Assembly (NCBI GenBank): GCA_040954595.2
Contig: CM082584.2
Coordinates: forward strand, 11,870,552 to 11,934,551
DNA from: Balanoglossus misakiensis
Lineage: Eukaryota > Animalia > Hemichordata
Direction: 5' to 3'
Length of the DNA: 64,000 nt
The first letter of the stretch is position 1. Every line of letters begins with the position of its first letter. The translations under genes and the position numbers were made by a program. The notes beneath the pieces were generated by a model, which worked only from the letters and a program-made list of their open reading frames with translations, had not been told where the DNA came from and searched no databases. Of this stretch, positions 42,701 through 53,522 are shown piece after piece.

Positions 42701-45700
42701 CATCGGTGTTGCAAAGCTGGAAAATTTCTCCCAGCAACATGTGATGAAAATTGACAGGAAAAAAAAACAGGCGCAAAACTGATGCAGCATGGGGAAATGT
42801 TCATACAGCAGCAGCAATCATGGACTATCAGCAATAAAAGGTACACAGACACCGATTGTAAACATAGAATTTCTGTTCACTTGTTTGGCCAACTAACTGA
42901 GAACATACGTGAGTTTAGAGCATAAAATTCAAAAGCTTTTTAGGACATACAAAACCATCTGAAGACAGGCTAGCTTTAACATGAGACGTTCATACTCCCA
43001 CTGGTGAGAAAGATCCTCCTGCTTTAAGCAAGAAAGTGAGAAAGCAAGATTCCCCCCAACCCTACCTGGCAGATTATAATCAATACGAGACCAATAAGAT
43101 GAAGTTTAGAGTTACTGTAATTTGAATAGCATGTGTGGCAGGTAGGTAAAGATTGACGATCAGTCGTTGTCATTTTAGTGCCTCGCAAATCTCGGGTTAC
43201 GCATCATTTGGCTAAAGTGCTTGAGGTAATAGTTTGTGATGGAGTCGTTAGTTAAAGTCAAACTTTATCAAGTCACATATCTGTGGAGCAAATTTCACGT
43301 CACACCCATTTCTCTTACATGTTATGATTGTTCAACCCGGCCTGAATAATATATACCGATGTGAAAATTGGAGCGAGTGAGTCAGGTTTGTGATATGACC
43401 TATTGTCAAGTGTCACTGGTGTGTATTTTAATTATTACACAAAACACCTGAGTGGCATTTCCGTGAATGTTGCTGTATAATCAATCTCATAAAGGGAACA
43501 TCTGCCCTTGCAACAAAACCATTCTATAGACAGCTATAGCCTGTTGAATTTCTATAGAAGTTTTGAGAATTTTTATGGATACCAATAGAATTCTACAGAC
43601 ATCAATAGAATTGTATTGCCTATTGAATTTCTATTGACATCTATGGATTTCTAATGTAGTTTTGGACCCCTTTTCTACTGATTTCTATAGAAGCATGAAA
43701 ATCTTTAGAATGCTATTGAACTCTAAGGAACCCTGAGTAAGCATGCCTGCATTGTAGACAAGCATATTCAATTTGAATATTTGATTTCTACATAAAACGC
43801 GGTTAGAACCACAGCTGAGACCAGTGAGCCTTAAATTCTGTAATTGCTTTCAATCATAATTCAGCAGTCGCGTTATCATTCAGAAGACAAAGCTGAATTT
43901 GTTTTAAGCTTTTTCATAAGTATTTAAATGGGCCAATAATCATGCAGGAATGATCCACCCCCTCCTAGAGTGGTGAGATAATGGGAATGAAATCTGCATA
44001 GACATTGTAATTATCCATTGCTTTCAAATCAAGTAGAATTACAATATCGAAAAATGGATGTAAGTCAGTAATTACCAAATACCAGATTTACATTAGAGTA
44101 GGGTAGTGTTTCTGTCTATTTTTGGATGGGTTGCTGGAATCTACATCTGGAATGAGTTCGCCCATGTTCAATTCTGTGTTTCCGGGAACTAAGCATTTTA
44201 CGAAGTGAGTGTGATATCAACCGAAAAATTTCCACATGTATAAAACATTGCACAGTCCGAACATCAAAGTCACCTTTATCCTGTCATATTTGAGGCCAGT
44301 CGCACCAAGGGATTGCTGGTACACGAGCAAAAGCTCAACTAATCCCAGCCATGTGTAGTAAAACAGTCTGGGATATTGTATTGCATAGCAATTGCTGTCC
44401 TTGGGGAGTTGGTCACATGACCTATACCCCATGTCAAGTCATAGGTGCCGCTGAAAATGTTTGTCTGTCTGTAATATTCTGAAAAGTAAGACCGTGGATT
44501 AATTTCTTGTAGTGTTTATATTTCGCTTTTCCGTGAAGAAGTAACATATCAGGATACCGGTCTCAGAAATTGCAAGCTGCAATGCAATGTCACAGTGTCC
44601 CACTTGTAACCTCAAGAGAAGTTAGTGATGCAAAGATTTGATGACTCATCATGGCTGTAGTTTTCAGATGCATGTTCTATAAACCATCCAGTTTTACCGA
44701 GCCACCGTCCATTCTGCATCAGCTCGGTGTATAGTGTGTAAAATTCACAGCTCGAGTTCAGGTGTTAATTGGAGGTTGTGTGCAAGTCTGATTTTGAGAT
44801 TAAATTGAAAATCGGCCGGGAGAAATGCAAGAATTTTATATGCCCCTCAAGTCTTAAGTATATTACTTTGTTGATTAGTTGTCTCTCGTGAAGAAGGACG
44901 CGACACCTGAGGTTTGTTTGATGCAATGGCGGTCTGACACACTCTAACAGAACTTCCTTTAACATCTAATAGGGGATACTGGGATCTTCGGCCTTGACTC
45001 AGTGATTGGCATTTTGTCATTAGCATCCTTTGGGAGACTGGCATGTCCCACACAAGTGTTCAGATCAAATTTAAATTGATAATTATGTCTGCTATATGAA
45101 GGCTATTGCGTAAGTGTGCAATTTTAACCTCACACATAAATTTAGAATTCCAATGGGAGTACTCCACTTAGATCACTGTGTGTTAGCACCTTCATGCAGG
45201 ATATTCAGCTCGATGTGTAATCTTCGCAATAACCTTGTGACTCCTGTACACGTGCATATGCATAACGCTATTAAATTGACATGGATGTCATACATGTAGG
45301 TATACCAGTGTTGAACATTAATTCTTAGTCATGAGAAAGAGAGAGAGGAAATACTGCATTAAGATTAACTACTTTAGTTTTCCATTGTATGTTGCCACTC
45401 ACTCACAGAATACATGGTTTAACCTCTTGCGAAAATCATCAGTAGCTTGGAATAAATACGTCAATATAGTCAAATTGTGCCATTTCATCAAAGAGGAGAA
45501 ATAGTTGGCGGGACAAATATCTGACAGTTTCATATGGATTACAGAATGTTGGATAAAAGATGTTAGTATTTAAAGATGGTATCATATGGATTACCGAAAG
45601 TTGAATAAAAAATATTTGTATTTAGGTTGACATCGCTTTTGTTCAAAGCAATAGATACAAACATGGAGATGGAAATTTAACTTTATCCCGTGGAACAGAT

Positions 45701-48700
45701 TGAGGGCTGGTAATACGGACTGTAACTATTAGCATGAGATGTGAATGACACTGCTTCGGATATGAAGTGACGTGCTCTGCTACAGTACTGTAACAAGCTC
45801 ATTTTAAAGATTTTTTTCCACTCATAGCGCTTGACAAATCAGCTGGCTCATAGCTCTGTTCGACTTATTGTCATCGTTCGAGATAACTCCATCAATTATT
45901 AGGAGACACAGTTTAGTCAGATTAGGAATCATTCATGCCAACTGGTACAGGAAAAACTTCCTTGTTAAAGCCATGGAAGAACCTTGTCCTGCCATAAGCG
46001 AGGACAAACTTGTTATCTTGGTACTGAGTAATGACAGTTGTCAGTGAAAAAGTAATATAATTGTCAGCCTTATAATAATGTCGAAAATTTATATTCAAAA
46101 CGTGCCAATCTGTAAATGTCTATCTGCCTAGCTACAAAATGCCACAATGATCCATGATGAGTCTCTAGTCTGGCAATTGGTTTCAGTTTTTTGACATCAG
46201 AATGAAAAGAAGAGCAAACAGCGAATGATTTCATTTAATGTTGATCATTCATGCACAGGCTTTTAATTATTATTTGCTATTGTACCGAAACAGATGCACT
46301 GGCTGAGCAGAGAACCATGATTAAAACCTGTTTTAATTACAGAGCCCCTTATACACACAATGTTGTCTGTGGTCAAATTATATCATTACAGGAGTCTCTT
46401 TGAAGTATGTTCTCATTGAGAGTGACAGTTTAGTCTTTTGTTGATTGCACCTGTCATTTTGCGTTGATACAGGTTCGCATATTTCTGTGTGTGTTTGAAC
46501 AACTGGTAAAAGAACCAATGTATCAAGCAGACAGATCCATGACCGTGTTGCTAATTGTTACTGACACAGAACTCCACTGCTCTCTCTTTTGATTATTTCA
46601 TTTGCAAGTTTGTCTTTGCTGATCCTTCCCCCACCAAAATTCAATTAAACATGACTCAGCAACAAGCTATATGCTCGAGGTCTGTAAAAAAATAACCAGG
46701 AAACCCCCTCAGCTTCGGTGGTGTAGCCCAACCTTATTGTTTTCATTGATGAGTTTGGACCTGAACACAGAAATGAGGTAGTGTAGGTGAAAAGGTTTGG
46801 TGTTTTGATTGATGTGGTGTCTGACTTGTTAGGGTATCAATGACATGATTTTGCAAATAATGGTTTTGATGAGTTTGATCAGCTGAAACTGAGGCAGCGT
46901 GTGTGATTGTTCAAATGAGGTCTTAGGTGACTGATCGTAGCAATCATCGTTTTGATTGATGAGATCAGAACAGCACGCAAAACCTGCAGTGTATTGAATC
47001 GTAGCAAATGCTGTTGAAGGTGCTATTGAAAAAGTAATTGCTTTCAGAGATGTCCTGGTTTTTGCTGTTGTTTTCTGAGTTCTCACCCAGCAGTGCCATT
47101 TACATGTACTATTATTCTGTTGACTGGCTTGTCAACTCTAGACCTGGCCGATAATTGCGGCCTTTTCTGATATGCTGTCGACCGTTGAAGGTGACCCCTT
47201 GTCTTTTACACTACCGGTACATTCCTGCCACCTTGTTCAGATCCATGGAACATACCGGATGAGGTTGCTTCCAGCATTTTTGAGTCAACAGTATCTGTTA
47301 CCATTAGAAACTCTCTTCATTCAAAGATACCAGTCAGTTCCATTGTATAGAAACGTTCGCCCTTTTTATTGCAAGCACTTCATTGAGTTATAAAAATAAT
47401 AAACTCCAAGCTTTCAGGCATTATAGCCATGATTGATTGGTTGCTGATCGATTGAACTCGCCAGTGTCTTGCTGCAGAATTTACATTTAAATGCCAGCAG
47501 ATGGCATTCACATAGAGACTCCATCAACCCAGCAAATTCAGTTCAGTTTATTAAGAGACATTATCATGATCCAGGTGTTTAATATATCATTAACCATTCA
47601 CATGAACACCACTTATGTCAACTAAACATGATCAAAATTGATAACAATCATAATACCTCTTGGTATATAGAACAATTGCATCATCGTGGTGAATTGTAAC
47701 CCTTCTCCCTATTAAAAGAAATCATCAAAACAGGTTCATTCATTTTGGTTTTACAATACTCAAACTGTTCATCATTTATCTGACATGCTGGCTGTTTTTC
47801 AACTGCTGAGTACTAAGCACGCCAGAAGGCTAGTCCTTGAACAAAATGCACATAAACTTACTTTGTCAGGTTGATCCTGCTGTCGTATGTGCCTTACACT
47901 GGTAATTATCAACTTTCACTCCACCGTGATTAAAAATATGATATGATATTAAGGCCGATGGCAGGGGAAGTTAATTTGACTCTGCTCCGAGGAAAGGAAC
48001 GTACAAAATCTTGACGATTAACCTTGACTGGGTCAAGGTGATGTATCGTTGTATAATCCATGCTTAATCCTAAGTGACACTTGAGAGTGGAGGAACAATA
48101 TTTACGTTTCCCATGGTAGGAAAGGCTAATGACATTTCATCATGATCTGGTAATATGCCAAAGGTTGTTTAGATTTGGAGAGAAGGTGTGTAAGTGCAAA
48201 AAAATTAGACTTCTACTCAGTATAGTTAGTTCACTTCTTTTTATTAAACTTCACCATAGCATTCAACAAACACATGCTTGCCATAACTCTTGGTGTATTT
48301 CAAAATTAGGTGAATTCTGCAGCATGATCAGTAATTCAGAGAAATCTGCGACACTGTATTAACGTCACCATTTGACATTTCTCGCCATTGTGTACACTTG
48401 TTTAGCAACCCATTTGCCGGGCAACTATAAAGGCTTTCATTTGTTTTTCTCCCTCTTCTCTTCCCTCACAGCCATGCAAGAACTGACGGCTCAGTACGAA
48501 GCTTTGAAAGCCCAGCTCAACGACAATGAAACACACGCCCAGCTCGGAAACCTGGAACGTAAATGGCAACACCACGAACAGAATAACTTCGTCATGAAAG
48601 AGTGTATCCTTTTCAAACGCATGCCGTAATTTACTTCTGGCCTTGATAACACTGGGTGTATGCTGACAAACAGCACAGGTATAAACCATCAGAGTTGCTG

Positions 48701-49794
48701 CTGGGCATCGCTTCAAAATAGCAGTGAAAAACAAGTGATTGGAGAAAATTCATAGTCGTGACAATTTTCATGCATCCAGCAATCGCTTTTGGCTACACAC
48801 TTCTCTGTTCCTCTGACATTTGCGATAATGTGGACAAATTGTATACTCATTACAGCTGTTACTTGCATGGTTGGCTGTGATATATCATGCAGAGCATAAA
48901 TTTAAAGACCTAAGATATAAAATATGACAGGTTTTTTTTTCTCTTAGCAAGAAAATCATTGTAAACACCCCAACATAATATTTCACAGCAGTTTGCAGTG
49001 CCAGAGGACAGTGTGTGTACGTATAGTAGCTATATCCTCAATTACTGCAAATCGGTTTCACCTCACCCCACCAGAAGAGGCTTGTATGTTATATTTCCCA
49101 CCTGTGAAGGAGTTGGACAAACCGTTTTCATGTTCAAAGTGTTCAAAGAACTGTTGACATGTGAAGTCCAAGATCCAGCCCTCTCAGGAGAAAAAAAAGC
49201 AGCAAGTGAATAACATCAGCTGTAGTGTTCAAATATTCTGTGAGGTTGAAACACTTGATGGTACACCATCTGTTTCCGAGATGAACAACCTTCATCACGG
49301 TCATACCATCAACTCTCGATAGAAATTCATGCGTGGTGTGCTAATTTATTGAATAGTTACCAGTCTGCTCCCCTGATCAAACAGATCACGGTCTAGAACA
49401 TGTACTCTGAGGACAAACATTAGTCCTTGTTGTGTCAATGTGTCAATTCGCCCGGCAAAGATGTTGTTATTTCAGTTCAGATGGACCAAGGTTACATACA
49501 CCTTCAAGATGTCATTGATTGCACAAATTTCCATATATATGAAGTGTGGTGTGCTCTCGCATTCTGTTTTACAATCAATCAGTCCAAAGAATGTTGGTGT
49601 ATAGTAAGTACAAACCATGTTTGCACTAGCCTTTTCAGAAAACCTTCCCTGCATCTTTCCTTGACCTTCTTCTCTCAGTCATCGCCACCAAGAGTATGGA
49701 GAGCGACTACCGCCCGACCGTCAAGAACGTCAAAGGAATGTTGTCGGACTACAATAAAATTATTCAAGATCTTTTAACCCGCAAGGGACATTAA
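33675..49794 (+). CDS. IFT74: Intraflagellar transport protein 74 (IFT-B), 20 coding exons, 594 aa
   Basis: Exons 33675-33676 (AT), 34104-34209, 34476-34536, 34691-34768, 34918-35065, 35324-35384, 35517-35576, 35974-36035, 36184-36262, 37207-37329, 37602-37786, 37911-37990, 38186-38239, 38433-38473, 38631-38687, 38878-38998, 39226-39389, 39520-39574, 48472-48603, 49679-49794 (1785 nt). Motifs [79 protein letters not shown]. Confidence 0.96.
42106..42189. mobile_element. 84-bp MITE, copy 2 (inverted relative to copy 1)
   Basis: TTCA-CCCTTTCACC...GGTGAAAGGG-TTAA; internal sequence aligns to the reverse complement of 18436-18520. Confidence 0.75.
43520..43730. repeat. Degenerate ~10-bp tandem repeat (CTATAGAATT-like units)
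   Basis: Recurrent TTCTATAGA / AATAGAATT / CTATTGAATT / CTATGGATT at roughly 10-bp spacing over ~200 bp. Confidence 0.65.
46704..46796. mobile_element. Degenerate MITE, copy 3
   Basis: CCCCCTCAGC...CCCAACCTTATTGTTTTCATTG...TGGACC...GGTGAAAAGG aligns by eye to copy 2, with decayed TIRs. Confidence 0.5.
48604..49678 (+). other. U12-type (minor spliceosome) GT-AG intron of IFT74
   Basis: 5' site T|GTATCCTTT; branch site TTTCCTTGAC at 49656-49665 with the A 14 nt from the intron end; splicing restores KEF-IATKS. Confidence 0.9.
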
Positions 49795-51599
49795 GCAAGA
49801 TTTTCACGTTATAAGCTGTAAATATTTTGTCTTTTCCACTGTAATTATTTGATATTCTGTCATATTAGAGGAATGTTTCCATCCTGTGAATGTTATGACA
49901 TGTCAAGATTGATAAATGTACTGTGCACCTATAATGATTTTTTTTATTTGCCATCAAGAAAACTGTCATGAAACCCATCCCATCAGAACAAAGGGAATGA
50001 AATGCAATTACAAACGTAAACTCATTTTCTAATTTGTTTCACCAACAGGATATGGAAAACACCTATATCTCATTTCAAACTTTGTTAAGGGTACAAATAC
50101 AATTTTTTTCTCTCTGAAAACCTACTTGCACACAGACCACATACAATAGGATTGGATTAGAGATATATATCGCTCATTAAATAATTCATACCCAGACAAT
50201 TCTGATTGGTTGATTACTTTCCGCGCAGGTAGACCACAGCACTTGTGATTGGTCAATTACGCTCTGCACTCTTGGAATGGGTGTGCACGTGACCCGGGCG
50301 TTGACCCTCACAATGTCTGACGCATCTCTGAACTCCGGTGTCGTTACTTGTCGCTGCAAGATTTTTCCTAATTCGATCAGCTCATTCAGGACGCAAACAC
50401 TTTGTTGTGACATACATTGACCTTCTTACAAACTCTCATGGCTCATCAAAATGCACGAAGCCTCGTCAAATTGCGCACCAAACTGCGTGTATGTATTGCG
50501 GTGAGAATTATTGCTTTTGTTCGGATAATAAGTGTTACACGCCAAAGGTTAATCGCTGCCCGGCAATTTGCGGGTTGCAAATCGAATTTATTAGTAGTCG
50601 CATGTAACAAGTATGCAACCATTTGTCGTCACACATTGATGGCTCAGAATGAGAAATTCTCAAGTGTTGCCAATGACTGCTCTGTCCCATTTGATGTACG
50701 TTGGCACGTTCCAGTCTCAACAAAAAGAACACAGATGCAAAGCAAACACACACACACAAAGCAAATTTTATTTTCTGTGCCTTGAACTGTTTAGTCACTA
50801 CATACGTGATGCTGGATCTTAACGTTTATGTGGCAATCTTCCAGAACCGTGATCTGCCACACTGCCTGTCAATTCCGAAACCGTTCAACTGGATACCTGT
50901 CTCTCTGCGAAATAAGACGGTGTCAGAAGGTGACCGCGACATTACTAACCGATTTTCCAGAACACGCGTCATTGAAGCGTGTAGATTAAAGGTGCTCTTC
51001 CCGGTTCTGAAAACACTTTCATGACGCACACCACACACTTCTATGCCATATACTTGTCACATTGAGAAGACACTTTGCCCAGTAACAGATTTGTAACTAA
51101 GCCAACGGTGGCACAAGTGGTGTAAGTGTTTTCTTTTTGGAAAACAGTGTGGGATTTTCATCACTCACCTAGGTAGCAAAAATTCAAGAAATATCAGTAT
51201 TCCAGAAGTTTGATGTTTTATACCACAGCCACAAACTGTCCCATCTTATCCCATCCCATCCCATTTGATCAATAGGAAATGATAATGCCTCATCTGGAAA
51301 CCAATTGCTGGACGGTTGCCATGTTCCTTAATGGCCTAATCAGCAGTACAATGTATGTCCTTAGCTTAATGGATGTCCAGATGGATAGAAACGTGTTATC
51401 GTGACTTCACAAGATCAGAAAAACTGGCTTGATATTCAAAGCAGCTGAACTTGTCACACCAACCAATCACAAGCTTCACAAAAATGCACCTGGCGAATGA
51501 CACATTTTGATTGGATAGTTGTCAGACAGTTCATTTGCCAGGTGGTCAGTGAGGTGCCAATTTCATCATTCGATGCCCAATCTTTGACGTGCGAACATC

Positions 51600-51827
51600 A
51601 TGGCTGAAAGTCGTGACAACAACGACCTATTGATTACCCCGAGCAATTTGCGACAACCAAGTGGAATTGAAGGTCATGACTCTGACGATATGGACTGGAT
51701 TTCCCAAGATTTTGGTGGCCTTATTTAAGATAATGTACATGGACCATCGCCCATGGAAAGTGACTTGACGGAAATCGAGGGTGCCCTTTCTCCTGGCTTG
51801 CAGCCCCCATTGCGTACGTCCTCTACT
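51600..51827 (+). pseudogene. Orphan first-exon-like reading frame with a premature stop, possibly a transposon gene relic
   Basis: ACATCATGG start, then 76 codons (MAESRDNNDLLITPSNLRQPSGIEGHDSDDMDWISQDFGGLI*DNVHGPSPMESDLTEIEGALSPGLQPPLRTSST) with TAA at 51726-51728, ending at a GTAAGT donor; CCAAT-type motifs upstream. Confidence 0.4.
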
Positions 51828-53522
51828 GTAAGTAAAAGTTTCCTGTCATTTTCTCTCGAAACCTGTAAATTGAAAGTTGTTCTAATGATTAGGAATTGTA
51901 CGTCAGCAAGGTAGTCTTGGTTCGTCGAAATATTGTACTATCAGGCGCAAGCGTGTGCGAGGTAGAAATGAAACCCCAACCAAAGGTCGAGCCCAGAGCA
52001 CAGATATTATGTCCAAAGCGAACAAAGGGTCCGACCACGTGCAATGTTGTAAATGAAGAGAGTAGCTTTCAGGTCATCCTGCTTTTTTGAAACTGGTCGA
52101 GTATAATATAGACCGTAAATGTGTTTGTATCGACCCGTTTTGGCCTTGATGCGGTGGATTTCCATCCAAGTAGCAAAATGGCGTTATTATAAGCACAGTT
52201 ATGTGATAAAAAATAACACGAGGCTTTTGTCGTTCGGCGGCCCTCTCTCACCTGTCCATCAAATTCAACGGACTGATTTCCATTTTAATAAGGCACACGC
52301 CCCAACGCAGAAATAGAAACCCCAGATGACTAGTAAAACGGACAGTCCATATTCCACAATTATTGTTCACAAATTAGAGCTGTAAAAGACAGATACCTAT
52401 CAAGTTTACAAATTGCTCTATTGAGGAGGTTGGAGCGTCGTGCGTATACCAGTTGAAGCACCTCGCACTCTTTATTCGGCCATTTTGTTTGCACCTGTTA
52501 TAGGTAATAATATGCAAGGCAATTTTTCTAGGTCACGCTGGGTGTAGTTCGTAATCCAAAAATACAAACGCGCCAAACAGGAATGATAAAGGATTATTTA
52601 AGGGACAGATTTTCCCAGATGAGAACTGGAATGATACGATACTATGCCCCTAATGTTAATAATTTATATTGATGCCAATACAAGCGATAAATCACACGTT
52701 ATCAAAACTTAGTCAAATTATTTAAATTCCCAAGCTATCAACGTATATTTTTATTTTTCAAATATTTTATGGATTGAATATTAAAATTGATATATATCTT
52801 TCAAAATTATAGTGATACTGACTTTTTACGAGGCCCGTCTTCCCACTCCAATCCGCATTAATCATCTGCAACAAGATTTGTTTTGTATCGTTTTATGGGT
52901 GTCTCAAATAGCCTTAAATTATATCACCAATATTCAGAGATTTATAGCTTAATATTACAGGCTAGTGTTAATATTAGTTCAAACTGACTATAGCACCCAC
53001 TATGTGTATTGTGCCAAAGTTTTGATCACAGATTTTTTAATTCTCAGCCATATTAAAGGGAGTGAGGAGTTTAAAAATTACAAATTGATTTAAATGTTCG
53101 TAGACTGTACTATGCAACCTTTCATTTTTCCACTCTATTTACAAGTATGCAACAGATTGTTATCTGCTATGTCAAAGAGGCACGCCCTAATTTACTTTCA
53201 ATGCAAGTGGAACATATAGTTTTATCCTTTAATGTGACCCAGATGTGCATAGTCTGAAATATACACTGGAAACACCTATAGCAATGTAGAAATAGAACAT
53301 GGGTATGCATTTCATACAAAATATGAAGTGTGCCTGAGCAATGGAAGGCTATTTAAAGTGGCCTATAACAATTTGATACTGCGTCATAAATGCTGTGCCA
53401 AAAATACCTGCACTGTTGTACCCAATCACACGATTGGAAAAATTTCGAGATAGTTGCCTATGGTCGACATTTGACCAGAATCTCTAATATTACTGACTGT
53501 TTTTTATTAAACATTGATTTGA

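Noticed and set aside
46774-46795. TGAGGTAGTGTAGG..., resembling let-7
   Set aside because: Only the first 9 nt match, no precursor hairpin is evident, and it lies within a degenerate MITE copy.
49454-49470. GGCAAAGATGTTG, resembling miR-31 (which lies near MTAP in vertebrates)
   Set aside because: The seed is interrupted by an extra A, the 3' part diverges and there is no hairpin.
53053-53232. TTAAAGG...CCTTTAA segment suggesting a Kolobok-like MITE
   Set aside because: Only 3 bp of inverted repeat beyond TTAA and no second copy in the window.
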